A DNA stretch of 64,000 nt. Origin: Nitrospirales bacterium. GTDB taxonomy: Bacteria > Nitrospirota > Nitrospiria > Nitrospirales > UBA8639. The position numbers and the translations under genes are program-made. The stretch lies in contig CBDBCZ010000012.1 in the NCBI GenBank assembly GCA_965203295.1, positions 96,001 through 160,000 on the forward strand, read 5' to 3'. The notes below the pieces were generated by a model that saw only the letters and a program-made list of their open reading frames with translations, did not search any database and was not told where the DNA came from. Below, in pieces: positions 15,547 through 24,967 of this stretch (positions are counted from its first letter, which is position 1; the number at the start of each line of letters is the position of its first letter).

Positions 15547-18162
15547 TCAGTAGGACTGTGCGAAAGAATGCATGGAATTTCTGATCGTGTAGGCTTGAAA
15601 GCCAGCAACGTCATCTGTACTAGCTTTCTGTAGCATCGTACTGCTAGCACTATTGGTAACTTCAACTACCCGTTTAACTGCCTCGTCAACAGACTCGACA
15701 TCTACATCCTTGTAGAGCCAGTTGATTTCTTTTAGTGTTTTTGTGGCAGTCTTGACGAGGTCAACGTTGACCAGGCTACGCCACACAACTTCCCCCTTTG
15801 TTGGCCTACCATTAACAATTATGTACAGCTCAGGCTCTGGCAAGGCAGTGCTGGGATGCTCTACCTCCTCCAGAGTCTTGAGAGTTTTATTGAATGGCAG
15901 GGGGAGAAAGAACATGGTACCTTTACACGCTTTCAGCGAATTGTACACAGGTACTTTGGCAGTGTATGTACCGAGCCTGACTACCGTTTGGTAGCACTTG
16001 GCCCGTTGTATCAGCTGCCTACTCAAACAGTCCAATTTCACCAGTTCAGGCGGCATTGAAATTGTTTGCAATCCATTGAGGACACAACGCGGTGGCATTT
16101 CGTCTTTTTTGACGAGTGCTTTACAGTAATTACACATGTAAAGCACTTGCTCATTGGCATCCGGGTTTTGCTCTACTATGAAGGCTTTCAGAGCAGGCCA
16201 AACCTTGGAACCAAGGCTATCAGAGAGTTTCACTTTCATTACAGACTTTCTCTGATGCAGGCGTTCGCAGCTACAGCATGCATGCTCTGGATCATCATCA
16301 ATTTCTTTCTCTAGGTCACTTATCACCTGTGCATGTGCAATCAGCAACCGAGATTCTACACTCTTGAGGACTGAGTCAGCAACAGCAGCATCAATGTGCT
16401 GCTCATAGCTGCAGTCGAGATCATTTGTGAGCAACACTGCAAAATCAGGCACCTTGGTGATCTCCTTTAGGAAGTGCAAGTCACCAGTGCTGAGAGCTTT
16501 GTCTATGTTAAGAACACCCAAGTGGCTCGTAATTGCACTGTATACGTGATTCAGGAGCGTTCTCAGCACACTGTAATGGGTGGATGCTGCTCTGAGTATG
16601 CGAAGCTGACTACAGCATCCCCCATCATTGAAACAAGGCAGAGTGTGACCTTGCAAGTCAACAATGATACTGCCAGCGTCTTCCCTAACAACAGCTTTGG
16701 TGTAGTGTCCATTAGGACACCCACTATCGCATGCATACAAGGCAGTTCGCAATTCTTCCATGGGTTTCTCAAATGCCTGTTTGAGATTAACCACGGCAGC
16801 TACTTCTGCTTCAGTGAGTGTTTTACACTCACTATTACAGCACCATTTCAGAGGCTGCTTCCCTTTCTTGCTAGTTTCATTTCCTGAGCTGCTAATTTCA
16901 TTAGCAACCACACATCTGCCATTCTCATCAATGGGAATGACACAGGCTCTCTGCACAGGCTGATAGGCTGCATCATAGTAGAATGGTTCCGAGGAAGCAG
17001 TATGACACCCTTCCCCGAAATCATCTCGGCCTTTGATGTCGAGGCTACTGACTACTCTTGCAGTCTTGAGCAAAGCACCAGCGTGCTCCTTGCGTACCTG
17101 CAAGACTTTGTTTAGCAGTCTTTTAGCTGCTATTCTACAGACAGCTTTGATCATCACCGGAGGCAGCTGCTTTGCTGCACTCTTGTACTGCCTCTTATAA
17201 GCTTTCACAAGCTGAACCCTAGCTTCATCATCTTTCAGCAAAAGTTGCTGGAGCTCTTTCACATAAAACTCCTTTGCGACAGGCTTAGGCTCTGCTAATG
17301 CATACCTGCCTCGTTTGGAAGCACATATTCTCCCCCTGTGTTTCCAATAGTACTTCTTGTACCACTTGAGCTTGGCCGCAGCAGTCTTCACATAATACAT
17401 GCGAACTGCTGCCCTTTTCTTATTGGGGTCAGCTCTATAACTAGCATGGGAGGCTGCCCTCTTCTTGTCAGGGTCAGCTCTGTAACTAGCGCGGGAGGCT
17501 GCCCTCTTCTTGTCAGGGTCAGCTCTGTAACTAGCGCGGGAGGCTGCCCTCTTCTTGTCAGGGTCAGCTCTGTAACTAGCGCGGGAGGCTGCCCTCTTGT
17601 TGTCAGGGTCAGCTCTGTAACTAGCGCGGGAGGCTGCCTTCTTCTTGTCAGGGTCAGCTCTGTAACTAGCGCGGGAGGCTGCCTTCTTCTTGTCAGGGTC
17701 AGCTCTGTAACTAGCGCGGGAGGCTGCCCTCTTGTTGTCAGGGTCAGCTCTGTAACTAGCACGGGAGGCTTCCCTCTTCTTGTCAGGGTCAGCTCTGTTA
17801 CTAGCGCGGGAGGCTGCCCTCTTCTTGTCAGGGTCAGCTCTGTAACTAGCGCGGGAGGCTGCCCTCTTCTTGTCAGGGTCAGCTCTGTAACTAGCGCGGG
17901 AGGCTGCCCTCTTCTTGTCAGGGTCAGCTCTGTAACTTGCGCGGGAGGCTGCCTTCTTCTTGTCAGGGTCAGCTCTGTAACCAGCGCGGGAGGCTGCCTG
18001 GGAAGCGGCCTTTTTCTTATAAGGGTCGGCCCTATATCTGGCACGGGAGGCTGATTTTACACTTTCCCTGTTTTCAATGTACCGCTGCTTATTTTGAGCT
18101 TTTGTTTTCCGCAAATTACGCATACTGCATATACAGTACGTACCTAATAATTCCAACTGCAC
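15547..18162 (-). CDS. Helitron-family RepHel N-terminal part: 15-aa basic repeats + Cys-rich/DUF6570-like region
   Basis: 871-aa ORF with ~14 RADPDKKRAASRASY repeats, then CCSCERL...CNYC...PPRCVLNGL...PPEL...KGTMFFLPLP...LKEINWLYKD, as seen upstream of Rep in Helentron-type proteins. The first true ATG is at 18123; the real start may be spliced. Confidence 0.85.
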   Translation of the reverse strand: MQLELLGTYCICSMRNLRKTKAQNKQRYIENRESVKSASRARYRADPYKKKAASQAASRAGYRADPDKKKAASRASYRADPDKKRAASRASYRADPDKKRAASRASYRADPDKKRAASRASNRADPDKKREASRASYRADPDNKRAASRASYRADPDKKKAASRASYRADPDKKKAASRASYRADPDNKRAASRASYRADPDKKRAASRASYRADPDKKRAASRASYRADPDKKRAASHASYRADPNKKRAAVRMYYVKTAAAKLKWYKKYYWKHRGRICASKRGRYALAEPKPVAKEFYVKELQQLLLKDDEARVQLVKAYKRQYKSAAKQLPPVMIKAVCRIAAKRLLNKVLQVRKEHAGALLKTARVVSSLDIKGRDDFGEGCHTASSEPFYYDAAYQPVQRACVIPIDENGRCVVANEISSSGNETSKKGKQPLKWCCNSECKTLTEAEVAAVVNLKQAFEKPMEELRTALYACDSGCPNGHYTKAVVREDAGSIIVDLQGHTLPCFNDGGCCSQLRILRAASTHYSVLRTLLNHVYSAITSHLGVLNIDKALSTGDLHFLKEITKVPDFAVLLTNDLDCSYEQHIDAAVADSVLKSVESRLLIAHAQVISDLEKEIDDDPEHACCSCERLHQRKSVMKVKLSDSLGSKVWPALKAFIVEQNPDANEQVLYMCNYCKALVKKDEMPPRCVLNGLQTISMPPELVKLDCLSRQLIQRAKCYQTVVRLGTYTAKVPVYNSLKACKGTMFFLPLPFNKTLKTLEEVEHPSTALPEPELYIIVNGRPTKGEVVWRSLVNVDLVKTATKTLKEINWLYKDVDVESVDEAVKRVVEVTNSASSTMLQKASTDDVAGFQAYTIRNSMHSFAQSY
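17407..18050 (-). repeat. Coding minisatellite, 45-bp unit, ~14 copies
   Basis: + strand unit TGTCAGGGTCAGCTCTGTAACTAGCGCGGGAGGCTGCCCTCTTCT. Confidence 0.97.
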
Positions 18163-18364
18163 TAGTCCACAGTGTACTGAACTGGGTTGGGCTGTAATAG
18201 AAGGAAAATAAGATGTTGTATAATCATTTATATTACATATGGAGTACTACCATACTCAATGATACATGTACACAGGTCAGTGTACTACAATTAGTGGTCA
18301 AAATTTTACAGCTGGTGTGCATGAATCTCATTAAGAAAGCCATAGAACAGAGGAAGCAGCCACA

Positions 18365-19518
18365 GCTTGTATGTAAATACATGCAATTACTAGCTACAGC
18401 AAATCATAATAGTCCTGTTCAGGTAAATTTGCCAGTGTCTGGACAACCCCACCATCCAAACACCCCTCACTTACGCTAATGCATACAATTACCCGTACAA
18501 TTACCTTGTAAATAATTCGAAATGAACGGCACGGGAGTGAATTGAACAGGGCTGCACTGGCCAACTTGACTGGAATGGAAGGGAAAATCCTAAATTTACG
18601 CTAGGACATCTTAGTTATTAATTTTGTAACTACCGTGCACGGTGCCTGGAAAGCTGCATGCTAGTCTCGTTCCAAGACCCTCCGCGCGACTCCACAGAAA
18701 ATTAGGGAAAGTTGCCGTATTCTGAACACGGTCAGAGTTGTGGAAGCTGCCTTTTCGTTTTTCGAGTCGCCCCTATATCACTGGCACGGGAGGCTGCCTT
18801 TACACTTTCCCGGTATTTAATGTGCCATTGCTATTATATATGGACCCATTTCTTCCACAAATTTACTTTCCGCTCAGTAAGCTTACCTTGTAATTCCAAG
18901 ATCAAGAACAGGATCCGAAAAGTTAAATATATACGAGACGCTTGTATGTAAACACATACAATTACTAGCTACAGCAAATCATAATAGTCCTGTTCAGGTA
19001 AATTTGCCAGTGTCTGGACAACCCCACCATCCAAACACCCCTCACTTACGCTAATGCATACAATTACCTGTACAATTACCTTGTAAATTATTCGAAATGA
19101 ACGGCACGGGAGTGAACTGAACAGGGCTGCACTGGCCAACTTGACTGGAATGGAAGGGAAAATCCTAAATTTACGCTAGGACATCTTAGTCATTAATTTT
19201 GTAACTACCGTGCACGGTGCCCGGAAAGCTGCATGCTAGTCTCGTTCCCAGACCCTCCGCGCGACTCCACAGAAAATTAGGGAAAGCTGTCGTATTCTGA
19301 ACACGGTCAGAGTTGTGGAAGCTGCCTTTTCGTTTTTCGAGTCGCCCCTATATCACTGGCACGGGAGGCTGCCTTTACACTTTCCCGGTATTTAATGTGC
19401 CGTTGCTATATATATGGACCCATTTCTTCCACAAATTTACTTTCCACTCAGTAAGCTTACCTTGTGATTCCAAGATCAAGAACAGGATCCGAAAAGTTAA
19501 ATATATACGAGACGCTTG
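18365..19518. repeat. Tandem duplication of a ~575-bp unit upstream of the RepHel ORF
   Basis: GCTTG anchor recurs at 18365, 18940 and 19514; the two units are near-identical. Confidence 0.95.
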
Positions 19519-20170
19519 CTTTATGAACTTCAATAAACAGCTCGAAACTCGAAAGCAATAGAACAGTACATCTGGTATGGGAAAATTTATATTCCAATCA
19601 AGCGGTAATTCTGGACTAAACCGGACGAAACTAGTCTGAACTGGTCTTGACTGGACTAAACTGGACTGGACCGGTTTACGTTATCGCTATGAATATTGTT
19701 ATTGTCATATTAATGGATGAACAGTCTGCACATGCGTATTCAATCATTAAATGGCGTCATACGACAAGCGTTCCCTCGAAAGTGCTCGTGAATAACTGCT
19801 GAACCTATTCAATTTTTTTGAAAAACTTTTGCTACGAGTGCACTACCCCAGAGAATATCCAGCTTGTTCGCGCTCGAATCATTGTGATTGCTTCAGCCAT
19901 TATCGCGCTAGCCTGCCTGAAGAAAGAAGAATCAGAATCAGAATCAGAATCAGAATCAGAAGAAGTGTACGATTACGCCCCGCCCCCCGAGTGTATCGAC
20001 TTGCCGGTGTGGTACTCCAGAAAAGCTTTCTAGCAACGCTAACAGTCTTGTTGCTGATGAAAACACTCGAGATGCCATGGTATGGCTCATCAAACTCTGT
20101 GACTATAATCAGAGCCGAGTTCTGAACGTATGATTTTGTACGCGCTATATGGGGCCGCCATTTTTTCCCC

Positions 20171-20207
20171 GTGCCATCCCTACATATGGAGTACTACCGT
20201 ACTCCAT
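20171..20207. other. Putative Helentron terminus: subterminal inverted repeat + 9-bp-stem hairpin
   Basis: GTGCCATCCCTACAT followed by ATGGAGTAC-TACC-GTACTCCAT. Confidence 0.6.
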
Positions 20208-21120
20208 GATACCAATTTCTTGATGTCCGAAGATCGTTTGTAACACTCTCCCGTTTATCTCCCCAGCCAATACCACTCTCCAGTATCCTTATCATAATCT
20301 TAATCTCACCATCACACCACCTCACCGCTTTGTCACGCATTATCACCTTTTCTCCATTTTCCCTACCAGCACAGATAGGCAGTAATTAATGCAACTGCTA
20401 GCTATGTGTCCTGTCTCTGGCACACTTTATGTAATGCATACCTAACTTTTAAATAGTGTGTGTGGGGGGGGGGGGGGGGGGGGATTAAAACTAGATAACT
20501 AGTCTTTGTCGTCTGAAAGACGCAAGACTGTCATTATTTTCAGTAATAAGTCCATGTACATCAGTGTTTTCTTTGATAAAACTGCTGCACAGATTTAAAG
20601 GAAAGGTAAAAATACATACAAAAAATGTTTAAGTACATTTCCACTGATTGGATGAAATAATAGTGATACATCTGTGTAGTTTTAGCAGTGGTTGAAAGTT
20701 TTGTTCCCTTGGTTGAGCAATTGTTTAGTTTATGGTTTGAAAATTAAAGATAGAGAGAGGGACCAATAAGGATTTACTGCTTGTGTACCTCTTTGTGTTA
20801 AGCAAGCATAATTGTCTCTTGAATCAACAGTGACTATGGTGACAGCTAGTGCATTAGGTCACTGTGATGTGTGGCATACATATAGAGATTGCAGTACAGT
20901 CTAGAGCTGATCCGATTCACTTGGTAGAGACAATGATGGCCAGGTGTTTATGTTATTCTTCGTTACATCACCGCAGGAAGCAGGAAGTCAAGATTCAAGT
21001 GGATGAGACTTCTCTTCATTACTATTTACATGTGATGAAGCTGTCCTCACTTGTTGAACTGTTGTGTTATTTTTTATTATTATTTTTATTTGTTGTACTT
21101 TTACAACTACTTACCCTTTT

Positions 21121-22836
21121 GGGGCAAGCGTGAGTGAGCCCCCCCCCCCCCCCCCCCCCCTTCACATGTTGAACTGTTGTGTTATTTTTATTATTTATTT
21201 TTTGTATTTTTTTTTATTACTCCTTTTGGGGCGTGCGTGCGAGCTCCCCCCCCCCCTAGTGTAGACCTGTGCGTGCGTGTGAGCTCCCCCCCCCCCTCAG
21301 TGTAGACCTGTGCGTGCGTGTGCGGGGCCTATTTCAACAACTGTTGTCGCGCGTTTCAGATAGGAGGGAGTTATTTAGGTTGGGACTGGTACATTGGTGT
21401 GTAAGAGGACAAGGTCCACGGTGTTTGAGGGAGAGATTCCGAACAATTGGTGAAGTAGGGCGCTCTGGGACACGAGGCAGTAGCAATTTGTTTCTGCCTT
21501 CTGTAAACACTGAGTTCCTTAGGAGGTCAGTTACATTTAGGGGAGCATGGGATTGGAACAGGCTGCCTGTCAGCGTGAGAGAACTCGGATCTGAGGTGTT
21601 TCGTCGTAGTCTAGCTAGCTATCCCCAACTTCTCCCCACCTTGGGATCGCTTGCAGTATCTAGTTTCGTCGAAGACTGAAGGCACGAATCCTGGACCGGC
21701 TATAGCTATTCCTAACTTGTGTTTTTGTACTTTGTACTCTGTTTGTGTGTTGTGTATTCATGTCACAGGACTCCCTGGAGGACCAGCCATCTGTTGGCTG
21801 AAGGGACATCTTCCTGCTTAAAATGAAAATTTAACTAACTAACAATTATCCTCTACAACACGTGCGTGCGCTCTGGAGAGAGAGAGAATGAGTGAGCAGA
21901 CAGCGCTACAGAGAAAGGAGAGCGGCCGAAACTCCTGTGGAGATGGAGAGAAGGCTACAGAACGAGCGAGCACGGCGAAGGCGAAGACCAGGCTTACATG
22001 TACGCAGGCGAGAACGCAGGGCAGCATCGCAAGGGCAAAGGATGAAGAAGTCCCGCGATGCCACGAACATTGGTAGCTGGAGGAGAAGTTGGCATGTCTC
22101 CTGTGCAGAGTAGTCCTTCTCTGCAGTGGTGTTTATCGGGAGCTTCTGAACTGCATTCAACGACTTTTCATCATCATTCATAACAGTAGCATACATAAGC
22201 TTCAGCATCTGTGACCGCGGCTCGCATAATTTGGTGGCCGCTAACTGGTGTTGAGGTTGCAGCTGTTCTGTCACTAGACACGTACTTAGCGTGCTTTGTC
22301 AGTCTGCAAGTCTCAAATCACCCCCACAACTGAACAGCTCGGTATATGGGCAAAGTGCGATGCTCTTCAAGCACATAAACACTGCAAGAAACGGTGGAGT
22401 GCTAGGCTCACCATTCTTGCTATTATCTACGCTGGTACCAATTTCCTAACACTTTGGCACAAATCTTAACTTGTCGACATTGCACATGAAAGATGAAGAC
22501 GTCACCGAAACTTCCCTCCTATCTGCCCCTCCGTTTACTTTGACGTACAGCCTGAATATTGTCACTGGCATTCACAGGCATAAAGTACAAACCAGACTAA
22601 CATTCTCAACTATATCCTTTCATATTATAATGATGATTGTGACCACTGTAATATGCCGCTGTATGTAAAATTATATCATGCTCTATAATAGATCTATCTG
22701 TGATTAAATTTGTAATATTATAATAATGCATTACGTACCAGCCCTGCATATTCAAGTCAGCTATGTATGATCATAGATAATCTATGGCATGATGAACTCG
22801 CTCACGCTCGCCCCACAATGCTCTGCATTCACCTAG
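21121..22836 (+). mobile_element. Non-autonomous Helentron-like composite element carrying a Rep fragment and a nested LINE
   Basis: Left GGGGCAAGCGTGAGTGAGC pairs with right CTCGCTCACGCTCGCCCC (22797-22814), followed by AATGC-tct-GCATT hairpin and CTAG|T. Internal minus-strand Rep relic TKLCEPRS..AVQKLPINTTAEKDYSAQETCQLLLQLPMFVASRDF at ~22040-22240. Confidence 0.65.
21341..21845 (+). mobile_element. 5'-truncated L2/CR1/Crack-group LINE 3' end
   Basis: RRELFRLGLVH...GTRG..NLFLPSVNTEFLRRSVTFRGAWDWNRLP; 3' UTR stem-loop CAGCCA-tctgt-TGGCTG; (AACT)n tail; AACAA on both sides (possible TSD). Confidence 0.8.
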
Positions 22837-22891
22837 TAGATAATATCTACGTGCGCCCACACAGTTCTGCGTGCTGTGCGTATGTGTACAG

Positions 22892-22948
22892 GTATTGTAT
22901 TGTATTGTATTGTGTTGTATTGTATTGTATGGTATTGTATTGTATTGT
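22892..22948. repeat. (TATTG)n pentanucleotide microsatellite
   Basis: About 11 units, a few imperfect. Confidence 0.9.
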
Positions 22949-24258
22949 TTTAGAAAAAAAAAGTGATTATGCTAAAACAGGCACAGGTCTAGATAGCCCC
23001 ACCCCCATTCATTCACACAATGATCTGATTGCATTTGTGCGCTGGAATCTTCGTCAGGGAGGGGAGGAGAGGTTGCTGTACGAGTCAGGCCACTCATACA
23101 ACGGGAGATTAAAGCTATATCAAGCCATGTAAGTTTATACTCGCTAATATGTACCCGTTCTGTACTGTAATTTGGTCAGCTATGCTAAGCTAGCTCCCGT
23201 ACAGACTGGCTCGCGAGACTAGCTCCCGTGTCGGTACAGAGGTTTGCAAAAGCGTGCAAGAGACTGTAATGAGCCTTTCATCTGTAGCTACTAGTGTCAG
23301 GATGGTTGTCTGTTTTTCAAGTACATTAACTATTACGTTTATTGAGAGCGAACCTCAGAGCCAAATGTGAAGTAAATTGGCCAGCAGACAAAGAGATCTC
23401 AACCTTCCTGTGGCTAAAGCTCTGATTCCAGAATATTATACATATGTATGAAACCGTAATGCCAACGTCAAGTAGGAGGAGATTTTTGTCCGCATAGTTG
23501 TACTTTCTAACACACTTGTAGCTGAGCTGTCGCGTAGGTGCGGATGTATGCAGGATGAGCTGGTCTAAGAATGCTTAACCATGCTGCCATATACAAAGGC
23601 TCTTTAGCGAGGCTGAATCACTTCTGTCCTGTTGTTGAGTACAGCCTAAGGGTATATAGCCAGTGTTGTCCAATCCTTCTAGAATACGTAGTGAAAACTA
23701 ACAGAAACAGAACCCAAAAGAAGCAAAAAGAAAAAAATTAAAGGGGGGTGAAATAGGAAGTACATGTATGTACTCAAGAGAATCTAACCCAGCTCTCAGC
23801 TTTCAGGGCCTTCACCACTAGGCCACTGGAAAGATTAACCTGTTTTTTATGTCTCCTCAGAGAATCTGAGGTGGAAAAGCCTTACATGAGTTTTCACCCA
23901 CGGTTCACAAAATAACATAATTTTGAAACTAAAGCTCCCTAGTTTTATGTGTACTATTATAACATCATTTTGAAAGTTTTAATGTTTCATGGTGATGTCA
24001 ACATTGGTTTTCACTTGATACGTTTCATTTCCTTGCACATTGACAGTTGTTTGGTCTCTATCTATAATATTGTCATACATACTCCAGTGTATAATTTTGG
24101 TTTATAGATTGTTGAGCTAAGCATTAGATTTACTACTGCAGCAATGCATGCATTTGCTAACTTAGTAGCCTCATTCCCAGGCATTCACTCAGCTTTTATC
24201 ACTTGAGAGCTAGAGCCTGGGGACAAGGCTACTAACCTAGTAGATGTGTTTTGTTAAG

Positions 24259-24367
24259 CATTCACACTGTGGTACTTGCCGCCGAATCTTTCCCTGAGAA
24301 TCTTTTGAGTATCTTCAGCAATGTACTTGATTCAAGTAACTTAATTGGATGGACAACGTTGCAAGAA
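24259..24367 (+). pseudogene. Isolated exon resembling an adhesion GPCR GAIN subdomain A segment
   Basis: AG...GTACGT-bounded; encodes IHTVVLAAESFPENLLSIFSNVLDSSNLIGWTTLQE (SNxLD..N...W..L pattern). Confidence 0.4.
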
Positions 24368-24967
24368 GTACGTTTCAACCTCGATAACACATGCATATCA
24401 TCACTAACGTATTTGCATGCACAGTCTTGTCCCCAGTTTAGACTTCTTGCTGTAATCAATGGAACATTGAGTGCTTTAGTTACAGCTTTGGTGAAAAGTG
24501 TTGTCATTTCATGCAGAAGGCAGCTCTTGACATGACTGCTGCATATACTAGCAGTACAATATACGTATGTATATGGGTGGCTGTATTAATCAAGCTGTTT
24601 GACTCAGAACATACGTAAGGCTGTTTGCTAAAGGACAGCTGAGGTCTGAGCTCGAAACAGATATTATGTACATGTACATGTTGTGTATGTAGCACCTTGA
24701 AAATACATTGATACTAAACACAGCAGTAAAATCCCCAGATAGTATTTAAAGCTGCATTTTCAGACACCGAGATAGTGTAATGGCTGGCACGGAATATGGG
24801 AAAGCTGCAGCTCCTTTGTGAGAGAGACAAGAACACCAGTATATAGTCTCACACCTTTTACACATAGTACAACACACTACACACTATGTGCAAAAAGCTG
24901 GGGAGTGGAGACAAGAATGAGGCTATAGCTAGCTACATATAGCACACACACACACACCTCTACATAC

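Larger units (their letters stand above)
11945..20210 (-). mobile_element. Helentron/Helitron2-type rolling-circle transposon (internally deleted copy); the far end may extend to ~8294
   Basis: Rep-helicase ORFs below, plus a hairpin (20186-20207) and adjacent 15-bp motif GTGCCATCCCTACAT (20171-20185) upstream of the ORF. Confidence 0.85.

Noticed and set aside
17338..18054. 238-aa (+) and 218-aa (-) overlapping ORFs as extra genes
   Set aside because: By-products of a stop-free 45-bp repeat; only the ADPDKKR frame continues into conserved domains
19818..20125. ESESES / RIRIRI ORFs
   Set aside because: Driven by a (GAATCA)n repeat; no recognisable domain
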